In this document: positions 1 to 8,882 of the stretch, piece by piece | Position numbering within the stretch: the stretch's first letter is position 1 | How the letters are laid out: each line of letters begins with the position of its first letter | Virus record (IMG/VR): IMGVR_UViG_3300002597_000001 | Span: 32,001 to 96,000 of that record | Source: a virus | Taxonomy: Duplodnaviria > Caudoviricetes | Length of the DNA stretch: 64,000 nucleotides | Reading direction: 5' to 3' (one strand) | The notes under the pieces: model-generated | Database searches by the model: none | What the model saw: the letters and a program-made list of their open reading frames with translations, nothing else | Told to the model about the DNA's origin: nothing | Translations under genes and position numbers: made by a program

Positions 1-171
1 GACAAGTGGTTTCCATCCTCTAAGACCTGTCGTTACTGCGGATATGTGAATTCGGAATTGACTTTGGGAAATCGCGTTTGGACCTGTCCGAGTTGCGGAA
101 ACGAAATTAACAGAGATCTGAACGCCGCAATCAATATAAGAGAGGCAGGATTAAATCTTGTATATGTATAA
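1..171 (+). CDS. tnpB: TnpB (IS200/IS605 RNA-guided nuclease), C-terminal fragment
   Basis: Frame 1 reads DKWFPSSKTCRYCG...WTCPSCG...RDLNAAINI, the TnpB Zn ribbon and RuvC-III, with TAA at 169-171. Confidence 0.93.
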   Translation, partial: DKWFPSSKTCRYCGYVNSELTLGNRVWTCPSCGNEINRDLNAAINIREAGLNLVYV

Positions 172-273
172 CGAAACCAAGAACCGTGGGGACCACGGGG
201 ATAGCCTGTCTGATACTTCGCGGGTTTCCGCGATTGAGCAGGAATCCCGTGACTTTAGTCATGGAAGGTTCAA
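172..273 (+). mobile_element. IS200/IS605 right end / omegaRNA scaffold
   Basis: GAACCGTGGGGACCACGGGGATAGCC...CCCGTGACTTTAGTCATGGAAGGTTCAA, closely similar to the IStron right end at 58767-58860. Confidence 0.85.
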
Positions 274-532
274 TGTACGTGTGGAGTTGAGTGATTTGGA
301 TTTGGAAAATGCGTGGCTGTTGGACGAGAATCTGGCTACGGTTCCGATGGATTCCGGTTTCGAACTGCTTGTTGGGCGTGTGGCACCGAGTGGAATGCTT
401 GTAGATAAAGAGCGAGAATACCTTGTGGAGGAGGGATTGTTAAATTGGGAGGACATCGAAGATGAGGTCATGTTGGACACCACTCTGCACAACCACATCT
501 TTGCATACTTGGAGGGACACTATGGGGAATAA
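274..532 (+). pseudogene. 3' part of a phage gene probably interrupted by the IS605 element
   Basis: Acidic open frame (VRVELSDLDL...HYGE) starts right at the IS end with no start or RBS of its own. Confidence 0.55.
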
Positions 533-728
533 ACAGCTTTCTTTGGCGCGGGATATCATGTATCACAATCTGATTTCCATGTTCCCCGACGTCACGGTGA
601 TCAGCGACCACTTGCAGGATGAGGCATACCTCGGAACGTGGGATTCTGAGGATGCCCAGCTGATCCTGTACACGTTTTGCGATCACATTTTCGATCACGG
701 AGCAGACATCATGATCACGCCTGTTTAA
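522..728 (+). CDS. hypothetical protein
   Basis: GGAGG RBS, ATG at 522. Confidence 0.7.
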   Translation: MGNKQLSLARDIMYHNLISMFPDVTVISDHLQDEAYLGTWDSEDAQLILYTFCDHIFDHGADIMITPV

Positions 729-745
729 AAAATATTTACAATTAT

Positions 746-790
746 CTCATTTAACCTATTGACAGATTCCAAATTATGTGATATATTGTA
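746..790 (+). promoter_or_regulatory. sigma-A-type promoter with CTCATnnnRCCTAT operator abutting the -35
   Basis: CTCATTTAACCTATTGACA...TGTGATATATT; same architecture at 1188, 14722 and 33096. Confidence 0.75.
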
Positions 791-817
791 GACACAGACG
801 AAAGGAGGTGCGACGAT

Positions 818-1177
818 ACGAACGTCATTAATGTAAAACGAGGGGATATTTTCTTCGCCAATCTGTCTGGCAGCAAAGAAGACAGCTCGGTGCAGTGTGG
901 ACGCCGACCGGTGATTATCATTCAGAACAACGTGGGTAATCGCCATTCGCCGACCACAATCATCGCTCCGCTGACATCCAAAATGAAAAAGCGGAATCTT
1001 CCAACACATGCATTCATTCGGGCGGATGAGGTAAATGGTTTAAGGCGGGACAGCGTTGCCCTCCTCGAACAGGTCCAGGCTATGGATAAAACCGATCTGT
1101 GTGAGTATGTGGGTTCCATTGAGGATATGACCAGTGTTGATAAGGCCCTGATGGTTTCAGTTGGCCTTACAAGTTGA
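818..1177 (+). CDS. mazF: MazF/PemK-family endoribonuclease toxin (start uncertain)
   Basis: VKRGDIFFANL...RRPVIIIQNNVGNRHSPTTIIAPLTS...LPTH...LLEQV; frame extends upstream of the GTG at 890. Confidence 0.9.
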   Translation, partial: TNVINVKRGDIFFANLSGSKEDSSVQCGRRPVIIIQNNVGNRHSPTTIIAPLTSKMKKRNLPTHAFIRADEVNGLRRDSVALLEQVQAMDKTDLCEYVGSIEDMTSVDKALMVSVGLTS

Positions 1178-1187
1178 AACAAAAAAC

Positions 1188-1230
1188 CTCATAGAGCCTG
1201 TTGACTGAACGTTGTACATATGATAGAATA
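1188..1230 (+). promoter_or_regulatory. promoter/operator of the repressor gene
   Basis: CTCATAGAGCCTG TTGACT ... TGATAGAAT. Confidence 0.7.
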
Positions 1231-1251
1231 ATATGCATGGAGGTGCTTCAT

Positions 1252-2175
1252 ATGTACAACGAAGAAACCAAGGAGAAGTATCTGTCTGCCAAGGAAGCTG
1301 ACAATCACAAGGGCAGAAACCGTCAGACAGTCTTCTTTAACAAGATTGCGCCGTATGAGGAAAAGCTCGGCAAGGATCTTGGCCAGATGACCAAAGAGGA
1401 AATCATTGGTGGGCTCCAGTTTATCGGCAGCTCCTATTCTACGATTCAGGTACAGTCCGTATTTGCAAGGCAGTATCTCCTGTGGTATGACGAGGCGGTT
1501 GCTCCGGTCCGCAGAAGCACGACGGAGTTTTCGTGGGACGATGTGGACCTGACTGAAACCTATCGGCGTGATTACATCCGTGACATCACGCAGATTGGAG
1601 AGGATTGGAGCCAATGCGACCCCATCAACGGAGACTATATCCAGCCATATCTCGTCCTGATCTGGTATGGATTTGCACCGAAGGATTTTCTGAAGCTAAA
1701 GAAAACTGAAGTGGAAATCGGCAAAGATCGAGTGACGCTGACATTTGACGGGATACGCTATACAATCGAGGATTCTGTTGTAGCTCACACGCTGAGGGAT
1801 TATGATGCTTTTACAGAATACCGAGCGGAGAACTCCATGGTGACATGGCACAAGCCGGATACGGAGTTGTTCTTCTACAACAAAGTGTCCGAGGATAGCG
1901 TGAAGGTGAAGAAAACAGTCACCTCTATTGACGCTTCTAGTCGCCTCCAGTGGTATAAGAAGCATAGTATCTATGGTTCCGCTCGCCCTTATGATTACGC
2001 TTCTGTCAGATTGTCTGGGTTGTATCACAGGGTGATTGAACTGCAAGAGCAGGGCGCCACACAGAAAGAGATTGAAACGCTTATGGATTTCTATGGCGTG
2101 TCTAGCAAGAGCAAAGCTATGCGGGCTATCTTTCAGAAGTCGTTTGAGTCCTATCGGAAGGCATTCGGTCTATAA
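1252..2175 (+). CDS. MrpR/YopR-like phage repressor with degenerate tyrosine-recombinase fold
   Basis: MYNEETKEKYL...EEKLGKDL...LIWYG...SVRLSGLYHR resembles SPbeta YopR in size and motifs; no R-H-R-H-Y catalytic set. Confidence 0.7.
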   Translation: MYNEETKEKYLSAKEADNHKGRNRQTVFFNKIAPYEEKLGKDLGQMTKEEIIGGLQFIGSSYSTIQVQSVFARQYLLWYDEAVAPVRRSTTEFSWDDVDLTETYRRDYIRDITQIGEDWSQCDPINGDYIQPYLVLIWYGFAPKDFLKLKKTEVEIGKDRVTLTFDGIRYTIEDSVVAHTLRDYDAFTEYRAENSMVTWHKPDTELFFYNKVSEDSVKVKKTVTSIDASSRLQWYKKHSIYGSARPYDYASVRLSGLYHRVIELQEQGATQKEIETLMDFYGVSSKSKAMRAIFQKSFESYRKAFGL

Positions 2176-2177
2176 AA

Positions 2178-2209
2178 GGGAACGGTGCGCTACTGCGCAC
2201 CTTCTCCTT
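2178..2209 (+). terminator. hairpin after repressor gene
   Basis: GGTGCGC-TACT-GCGCACC stem. Confidence 0.5.
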
Positions 2210-2247
2210 GAGAAGAAAATCTCATACAGCCTATAGGAGGAACACGA

Positions 2248-2481
2248 ATGAAGATTCCTAAGTCCGAAATCTTATGGAAAACAGACAACACTCCAAACGG
2301 AACCTTCCTTATCACATCAGATAAGATACGAAGTAAATACACGCTGTGGAGGCAGGACGAAGAAGGGGTGACCAAACTAAAAACCGCCGCCACACCAATC
2401 AAGTTAGACGAGGTGCTGGCCCCATATTGGGACCCCGCCTCTGAAAATAAACCAAAACGCAAGAGAAAGGGGAAAATTTAA
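2248..2481 (+). CDS. hypothetical protein
   Basis: GGAGG RBS; operator motif at 2221. Confidence 0.7.
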   Translation: MKIPKSEILWKTDNTPNGTFLITSDKIRSKYTLWRQDEEGVTKLKTAATPIKLDEVLAPYWDPASENKPKRKRKGKI

Positions 2482-2482
2482 A

Positions 2483-3019
2483 TTGTACAATCGTTGGTTT
2501 GATAATTTGCCGGTTGAGGAACTTATTTGTGCCTACAATTACCCAAAGGTCAGTGAACTCAGCACAAACGCCACGAAAGACAGCAAGCCGGTTAATACGA
2601 AAGTGTCCAATGTGAAAACCATCTATCACGAAGGACAGCCCGTTGGCGTCAAGGTCTACTTCACGGACGGCACGGCAGAGAAAGCCATCTGTGAGGAAGG
2701 CGACCGCCCGAACTTCAATCTGGATTTCGGCATCACCATCTGCCTTTGTAAGAAGCTCATGGGTGGTAGCCACCAGTATAACAACGCGATTCACAAGATC
2801 CGCAAAGACATGGAAGCTAGGGCTTACGCAACTGCTCTTGCCGAGGAGAAGAAGCGGGAAGCAAATGAGGCCAAGCAGAAAGCCAGACAGGAAAAGGCTC
2901 GCAAGAAGCGCGAAGCCCGCGAACGGGAAATCGAAATCCAGAAGGAAGCATATCTCCGGGCTATGAGAGAGTTTCAGAGCGAAAAGCTACCTGACATGCA
3001 GCTCCCGGACCACGGATAA
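2483..3019 (+). CDS. hypothetical protein with C-terminal coiled coil
   Basis: 178-aa ORF, charged helical C-terminus. Confidence 0.7.
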   Translation: MYNRWFDNLPVEELICAYNYPKVSELSTNATKDSKPVNTKVSNVKTIYHEGQPVGVKVYFTDGTAEKAICEEGDRPNFNLDFGITICLCKKLMGGSHQYNNAIHKIRKDMEARAYATALAEEKKREANEAKQKARQEKARKKREAREREIEIQKEAYLRAMREFQSEKLPDMQLPDHG

Positions 3020-3038
3020 AATAACAGTTTTGTTAATA

Positions 3039-3116
3039 GGGGCGGTATCCCAACTGGAAGCAGGAAGCGGACTTAAAATCCGTTCAGTGCGGGTTCGAAT
3101 CCCGTCCGCCCTACCA
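3039..3116 (+). tRNA. tRNA-Leu(TAA), short variable arm
   Basis: GGGGCGG/CCGCCCT acceptor, GCGGA-CTTAAAA-TCCGT anticodon arm, GGTTCGAATCC, CCA. Confidence 0.9.
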
Positions 3117-3141
3117 TCTATAAATTTAAGGAGGAATGCAA

Positions 3142-3918
3142 ATGGCAGATACAGTAACAACAACTGCTACATACGATGGTGATTTTGTAACAGGAATGGA
3201 CGTGATTATGGGGTCACTCGATGTGGGTGCAATCCCACTTTCTGCCCCTGCAACCGAGGAGCAGAAGAAGAAACTTGCCGAGGTTTGGGATGAACTCTAC
3301 AAAGTAGACGTTAGCGATTACACCGAAACCAAGAACAATCTAACCTATCTTCCGTGGTCAGACGCAATGACCGAAGTGTACAAGCGTTACCCTGACATGG
3401 AATATAACATTCTTTGGTTCGACGGGGATCCCTATCTGTATCGCGAAGGGCTTGGATATATGGTTTTCACCACTGTCACTATCGAAGGGAAAACCAAAAT
3501 TATGTGGCTCCCGGTTCTGGATTACAGAAACCAGATCCTAAAGAATCCCACATGGTACGAGATCAATAAATCCCTGATGCGTTGCCTGGTCAAAAACTTT
3601 GCGGCATTTGGTCTCGGCATGTACATCTATAAGAAGGACAGCCTCCCGGAGGATGCCTTGGAAGCCCAGAAGCAAGAGGCGGCTGCGGCTCAGGAATTGG
3701 AAGCCAAGCGCAAAGAGATTACCGAGCTGGGCAAGGATGCCATTGGCAAAAAGAAAATCACCGGCCCGAAACTGCGCGAGCTGATCACTAGTTTGAACCC
3801 GGCGGGCGGTGCTCCAGGCGATATCGAGGATGTCGAAACGGCAGAAGCTGTCATTGCGGCCATTAAGAAGTTGAAGGCGCCGCCAAAGAAGAAAGAGGAG
3901 GTATCCGATGAAAAGTAA
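3142..3918 (+). CDS. Sak/DUF1071-like single-strand annealing protein
   Basis: LTYLPWSDA, MWLPVLDYRN, INKSLMRCLVKN..FGLGMYIY. Confidence 0.82.
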   Translation: MADTVTTTATYDGDFVTGMDVIMGSLDVGAIPLSAPATEEQKKKLAEVWDELYKVDVSDYTETKNNLTYLPWSDAMTEVYKRYPDMEYNILWFDGDPYLYREGLGYMVFTTVTIEGKTKIMWLPVLDYRNQILKNPTWYEINKSLMRCLVKNFAAFGLGMYIYKKDSLPEDALEAQKQEAAAAQELEAKRKEITELGKDAIGKKKITGPKLRELITSLNPAGGAPGDIEDVETAEAVIAAIKKLKAPPKKKEEVSDEK

Positions 3919-4123
3919 CAACAACTCATCCACAACATCTGGCGGCATCGGATTCTTTGGTCTTTTGACCATTGTGTTCATTGTGCTAAAGCTCCTTGGG
4001 AAGATCTCTTGGAGCTGGTTATGGGTGCTGTCCCCGCTATGGATTTCTCTGGCGCTGGTCGTTCTGGTGGCCGTTATTGTTGCGGTGATAACCATTGTCA
4101 AGACAAAGAAAGAGTATAGGTAA
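3908..4123 (+). CDS. small membrane protein
   Basis: GGIGFFGLLTIVFIVLKL...WSWLWVLSPLWI, two hydrophobic segments. Confidence 0.8.
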   Translation: MKSNNNSSTTSGGIGFFGLLTIVFIVLKLLGKISWSWLWVLSPLWISLALVVLVAVIVAVITIVKTKKEYR

Positions 4124-4154
4124 CCCAAACGATGCTTTCAAGGAGGAATGTGCA

Positions 4155-4685
4155 ATAGATATCTGGACAACAGAAGTATGGAAAGATATTCCTGGATACG
4201 TTGGAGAATATCAAGTTAGCAATTTAGGGAATGTTAAAAGCTTAGAAAGAAAAATACTAAAATCCAATGGCGTGGTATCCACTATCAGAGAAAGAGTTTT
4301 ACGTCAAAATACAGTCAATGGGTATCCTTATGTGAACTTAGGCAATGGCAACTCTAAGAAGGTTCATGTGTTAGTGGCGCTGGCATTTCTTGGCGAAAGA
4401 CCGGATGGAATGGACGTAAGGCACAAAGATGGGAACAAAAGTAATAATAACGTAGATAATCTTGAATATGGTACACGAAGCGAGAACAATCTTGATAATT
4501 ATAAACATTATGGGTATTTCTGCAAAACTCAAAAACTAAACCGAGAAAAGGCTAAGGAAATCAAAAATTTAATACAGCAAGGCGTTCCATTAAAAAAGAT
4601 AGCCAGTCAATACGACGTTGCAAGATCCACGATTTCTGCAATTAAGCGCGGTGATCTTTATGCAGAGGTTGGTGATACCACATGA
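4155..4685 (+). CDS. NUMOD4/HNH homing endonuclease with C-terminal HTH
   Basis: EVWKDIPGY..YQVSNLGNVKS; VHVLVALAF; RHKDGNKSNNNVDNLEY; AT-rich; probable ATA start. Confidence 0.88.
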   Translation: MDIWTTEVWKDIPGYVGEYQVSNLGNVKSLERKILKSNGVVSTIRERVLRQNTVNGYPYVNLGNGNSKKVHVLVALAFLGERPDGMDVRHKDGNKSNNNVDNLEYGTRSENNLDNYKHYGYFCKTQKLNREKAKEIKNLIQQGVPLKKIASQYDVARSTISAIKRGDLYAEVGDTT

Positions 4686-5387
4686 ATATTCTCGTTGCTT
4701 GTGAAGAAAGTCAAGCGGTATGTATTGAGCTGTTGGCCCTTGGCCATAATGCCTTTTCTTGCGATATTCAACCATGCTCCGGTAGTAGACCAGATCGGCA
4801 CATTCACGCGAATGTTCTCCCGCTGTTGAATGGGAATTGCCATTTCTTGACAGTGGGGGGGGGTAGAACGACTGCATAGTATAGATGGTCCGTGGGACAT
4901 GATCTTTGCATTCCCGCCGTGTACACACATCGCAGTCAGCGGCGCGAGACATTTTGAGAAGAAGCGCGAGGATGGGCGGCAGAGGTTGGCAATCGAATTC
5001 TTCTGCCGCTTCCTCGAAGCTGATTGCGAGAAGATCTGCGTTGAAAATCCAATCAACATTATCAATGGCGAGTATGTCATGAGGTGGTTCCCGGATTTGG
5101 TCGAGAAGCATCATCTTCCGGTGCCACCATCACAGACTGTCCAGCCATACTGGTTTGGAGATCCATATAAGAAGACCACAAATTTGTGGCTCAAGGGTCT
5201 GCCGCTTCTGGAACCAACCAATATGGTGGAGCCGAAGCTGGTCCATTACACCAGCGGCGATGGTAAACAGCTTACATTCTCCGCCGACTACGGTGTTGGA
5301 TTTAACACCCAGCATGGTAGCCGCAGGAGTAAAACTTACCCCGGCTTTGCAAAAGCACTTGCTACCCAGCTTGCTGGGCCAGCTTAA
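4682..5387 (+). CDS. DNA cytosine methyltransferase, frameshifted at G9 tract 4855-4863
   Basis: MNILVACEESQ..SCDI in one frame; FPPCTH, ENP, KKTTNLWLKGLP, RSKTYPG in the next; G8 fuses them. Confidence 0.8.
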
Positions 5388-5445
5388 TAATATAGAAGGA
5401 GGATGAGGTTGAGCGCTCACAATACCATGGTTCCTCCTGTACTGA

Positions 5446-5908
5446 ATGGACAACAGCAACAAGATCATCCTGGACCTCTGCGGAGGAACAGGAAGTTGGT
5501 CCCGGCCATGGAAGCTTGCCGGGTATGATGTGCGGAATATCACACTGCCAGACTATGATGTGCTCACCTACGAGCCGCCTGACAACGTCTACGGCATACT
5601 CGCTGCCCCCCCCCATGCACGGAGTTTAGTGTACTGAACTGCATTGCGGAGAACCGACACCGAGACTTTGATTCTGGTATGGAAATTGTGAACGCAAGAA
5701 GTATGAGAAGTGGGAAGAGGTTCCCGACAAGTTGCCGCTCTATACAAGACCCGGCAGAGGGAAACCAAATTTTGCTTACCTACATAAAAGCGCATGGGAG
5801 AATGTCCCACAGCTCCAGTGGCACAAGCCGGAGACAGATGCCGAGTTCCGAGCCATGACACCGCCCGGTTTCGCTTGGGCGTTTTATGAAGCAAACAAAG
5901 ACAGATAA
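5446..5908 (+). pseudogene. second DNA methyltransferase, frameshift at C9 (5606-5614) plus apparent internal deletion
   Basis: IILDLCGGTGSWS..ILAAPP|CTEFS; ENP motif absent; C-terminal FRAMTPPGFAWAFYEANK in another frame. Confidence 0.72.
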
Positions 5909-5939
5909 CAAACTACGATTTGATGAGGAGCAAATTTAG

Positions 5940-6233
5940 ATGACCCCACGAGAGGCAATTGAAGTAATCAATAAGAACTGGCCATCAACTTCGCTGGGAC
6001 AACACACAGAATTGATTGAGGCGCTGAGAACGGCTGTCAAAGCCTTGATGTGGCGTATCCCTTTGAGTGTCACACATGAAGCTACTCTGCCACGATATTG
6101 TACTTGTCCGAGATGCAAGAATGTAGTGGACTCTTTTATGGATTTCAATGAGGAAAGAGTTAGAGTTAAACCGTCAATCTGCCGACACTGTGGGCAGGTA
6201 TTAGACTGGTCGGATGTAAAAGATGAAAACTAG
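5940..6233 (+). CDS. zinc-ribbon hypothetical protein
   Basis: CPRC...CRHCGQVLDW. Confidence 0.75.
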   Translation: MTPREAIEVINKNWPSTSLGQHTELIEALRTAVKALMWRIPLSVTHEATLPRYCTCPRCKNVVDSFMDFNEERVRVKPSICRHCGQVLDWSDVKDEN

Positions 6234-6256
6234 ATTTAATAGATAGGAGGAATTCA

Positions 6257-6799
6257 ATGTATCAGATTCGATCAAATGTGTTCGAAACAAACTCCAGTTC
6301 TACCCACAGCATCGTAATTTCAAAGGAGCCGGTGACCCGGTTTCCGACGACGCTTTACTTGAAGTTTGGAGAATATGGGTGGGAGTTTGACAATTATAGC
6401 CTACCGGATTATCTGTACACAGCAATTTATGAGGTGTTGTCCAGAGAAGAAGCCGAAGAGGCATGCCGCCATATTGAGAAAGTCCTCAGCCAACACGGTG
6501 TTGCCTGTGTGTTTGAGCCTCCGAAATACACCCAATACAGTGGTGGTGAGTACTTCGACAGCGGGTATGTAGACCATGGATATGAACTCGCTGACCTGGT
6601 TGAGGCCGTGCTTTCGAATGATGATCTACTGATTCGGGCTTTCTGCGGCGACGCAACGGTATATACAGGCAATGACAACTCTTATGCCGAGGATGATATG
6701 TGTAATTGTGCAGATGAATACCTGTGGACAGACTATGGAAAAGTACCAAATCCAAATCATGACCCCGAACACTACGACTATTTCTACAAAGGAAACTAA
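6257..6799 (+). CDS. IRxxVFETNSSSxHS-motif protein
   Basis: MYQIRSNVFETNSSSTHS; RBS. Confidence 0.8.
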   Translation: MYQIRSNVFETNSSSTHSIVISKEPVTRFPTTLYLKFGEYGWEFDNYSLPDYLYTAIYEVLSREEAEEACRHIEKVLSQHGVACVFEPPKYTQYSGGEYFDSGYVDHGYELADLVEAVLSNDDLLIRAFCGDATVYTGNDNSYAEDDMCNCADEYLWTDYGKVPNPNHDPEHYDYFYKGN

Positions 6800-6811
6800 G
6801 GAGGCGACAAA

Positions 6812-7189
6812 ATGATCCAGATCAGACCCAAGGTGTTTGAAACAAATTCTAGCTCGGTTCACAGTCTGATTATGTGTACGGGTGACGAATACGAACGTCT
6901 TAAAGAAGAAGAATTACTGATCGTTGTTGACCCGTGGGGATCGAGTTCTGAATATGCAGATCAAGACTTCGTAACCCCGGATCAGGCAAGAGACATTGCC
7001 GCGAAAGATAAATACTACACAGGGCCAGATCCATACAGGCTGTCTATTGGAGAGCTTCTTGAGTCATACAGAGATATCAAGACGCTGGAAGATTACTGTG
7101 ATACAGAATGGTTCGAAGGTTTTGAAGAGAGTTATACAACTCCTGGCGGAGAAAAGGTGGTAGCATTTGGGTACTATGGTCACGACTAA
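6812..7189 (+). CDS. IRxxVFETNSSSxHS-motif protein (paralogous N-terminus)
   Basis: MIQIRPKVFETNSSSVHS; RBS. Confidence 0.8.
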   Translation: MIQIRPKVFETNSSSVHSLIMCTGDEYERLKEEELLIVVDPWGSSSEYADQDFVTPDQARDIAAKDKYYTGPDPYRLSIGELLESYRDIKTLEDYCDTEWFEGFEESYTTPGGEKVVAFGYYGHD

Positions 7190-8114
7190 AGGCGTTGTTA
7201 CAGACGGCATTCTTGGAGTATACAGGAATGGGAATTATAGTGTAATGATCTGTTCTGACGGCACCAAGATTCGCTTTGCGGATGTAGACGAATTCCGCCC
7301 GACACACCCCGAGAGTATTGACCTTCTGATTACAAAATCCTGTGACCTCGGGTGTCCTATGTGTCATGAGGATGCCAGACCGGACGGGAAGCACGGAGAT
7401 ATCCTGAATCTTCCGTTCCTTGACACGATGCTTCCTCATACTGAAATCGCCATCGGCGGCGGCAACCCTCTGGAGCATCCTGACTTGAATGAATTCCTTG
7501 TCTCGTTGCGGGATAGACGGTTAATTGCCAACATGACCGTGAATCAAAAGCATTTCATGATGCCAGAGAATCAGAAGCGGCTGCACGATTTTGTTCATAA
7601 CGGTTTGCTTTACGGTATTGGTGTCTCCCTGACCGAAGGAAGTTCTGACCTGATAGAAGCTCTGGCTGAGTTTCCGAATGCTGTGGTCCACGTCATTGAA
7701 GGATACACTCCAATCGAAGAAATAAGGAAACTTTATGGAACCGGTGTAAAGATCTTGATTCTTGGATACAAAACCTTCCGTCGCGGCGGCGCCTTGTATT
7801 TAAACGATCCAAGCATTGCACTGAATCAGACGCGGTGGAATGATGAATACATCGGAGAAATTGTGAACGATGGGGAGTTTGCGGCAGTCAGCTTCGACAA
7901 TCTGGCGATCCGTCATTTGAATCTCAAAGACCGGATGGGCGATTCCGAGTGGGCTAAATTCTATATGGGCGACGATGGTCAGTTCACCATGTACGTTGAT
8001 GCGGTAAACCGGCAGTTCTCTAAGAACTCAACAAGCTCTACGAGACACGCTATGCTGGATGATATCAAAGATATGTTCGCGGTTGTCAAAACCAAAAGAG
8101 TGAATGAAAACTAA
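7167..8114 (+). CDS. radical SAM protein
   Basis: CDLGCPMC (CxxxCxxC), AIGGGNPLEHP. Confidence 0.9.
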   Translation: MGTMVTTKGVVTDGILGVYRNGNYSVMICSDGTKIRFADVDEFRPTHPESIDLLITKSCDLGCPMCHEDARPDGKHGDILNLPFLDTMLPHTEIAIGGGNPLEHPDLNEFLVSLRDRRLIANMTVNQKHFMMPENQKRLHDFVHNGLLYGIGVSLTEGSSDLIEALAEFPNAVVHVIEGYTPIEEIRKLYGTGVKILILGYKTFRRGGALYLNDPSIALNQTRWNDEYIGEIVNDGEFAAVSFDNLAIRHLNLKDRMGDSEWAKFYMGDDGQFTMYVDAVNRQFSKNSTSSTRHAMLDDIKDMFAVVKTKRVNEN

Positions 8115-8137
8115 GTTTGGTGTGAGGAGGTGAAGAC

Positions 8138-8494
8138 ATGCCTGGATATATCGACAAAGACGCCTTGATCAAAACGACCGAAGAGGCTCCGTTTACAATG
8201 TCAATGTGCGTGTCAGTTGAAGAGTGTAACGGAATGAACAGAGCCAGAAAACTATTCGTTGAAATATTTAAGACCCTCCCTACCTCCGATGTAGCACCAG
8301 TGATACATGGGGAATGGATTGATATGCAACCTCCTGATGCGGATGGGAATGTGCAATGTTGGTGCTCTGTTTGTGGGGCCGGAGAGTTACATGCCGAAAA
8401 TCAAGTAGTCCCATATTGTTGGAAGTGCGGGGCGAAGATGTCCCCGACATCAATGTCGGGGACAAGTGGAGGTGCGAACAATGCGGCTGATTGA
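8138..8494 (+). CDS. zinc-ribbon paralog 1
   Basis: YIDKDAL..DVAPVIHGEW..CSVC..YCWKCGAKM. Confidence 0.8.
   Translation: MPGYIDKDALIKTTEEAPFTMSMCVSVEECNGMNRARKLFVEIFKTLPTSDVAPVIHGEWIDMQPPDADGNVQCWCSVCGAGELHAENQVVPYCWKCGAKMSPTSMSGTSGGANNAAD
8439..8464. repeat. palindrome TGTCCCCGACAT-CA-ATGTCGGGGACA, core repeated at 9148-9168
   Basis: 12-bp perfect arms; CCGACATCAATGTCGGGGACA identical in both copies. Confidence 0.85.
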
Positions 8495-8882
8495 TGGCAA
8501 CGCCCTGTACGAAAAGACGGCAGAGTGGGAGTCGCTTGCGATGGAAACGCTAAAGGTACAGGAGGACAATGCCGAATGGCAACGTTGGCAAACAATTCTG
8601 ACCGAGCGGACGGCGTTCAAGTATGACGTGGCAGATGCTCCCACCATCGATGCCGTTCCAGTGGTACATGGTAACTGGATCACAAAAGAGTATATGTACG
8701 GAGATCCCGATGTCGGACTAGAAGATATGTGGGTTGATCGGCTTGCCGAAGCAACAGATTATTATGCGGAGTGTTCTATGTGCGGTAAAAACGCGGGATA
8801 TGATGGCGAGGGGAGCCTTATACTTTCCGATTTCTGCCCTTCGTGCGGAGCGAAGATGGATGGAGGTGACAGCAGTGACTGA
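8481..8882 (+). CDS. zinc-ribbon paralog 2
   Basis: MRLIDGNAL..APTIDAVPVVHGNW..CSMC..FCPSCGAKMD. Confidence 0.8.
   Translation: MRLIDGNALYEKTAEWESLAMETLKVQEDNAEWQRWQTILTERTAFKYDVADAPTIDAVPVVHGNWITKEYMYGDPDVGLEDMWVDRLAEATDYYAECSMCGKNAGYDGEGSLILSDFCPSCGAKMDGGDSSD

Noticed and set aside
1252-2175. Active integrase
   Set aside because: Catalytic HxxR and H/Y motifs are not recognisable; a repressor is the better fit
3016-3033. ATAAAA-TAACAG-TTTTGT as a 13th junction site
   Set aside because: At a gene end, but the right arm deviates from consensus, so it was not counted
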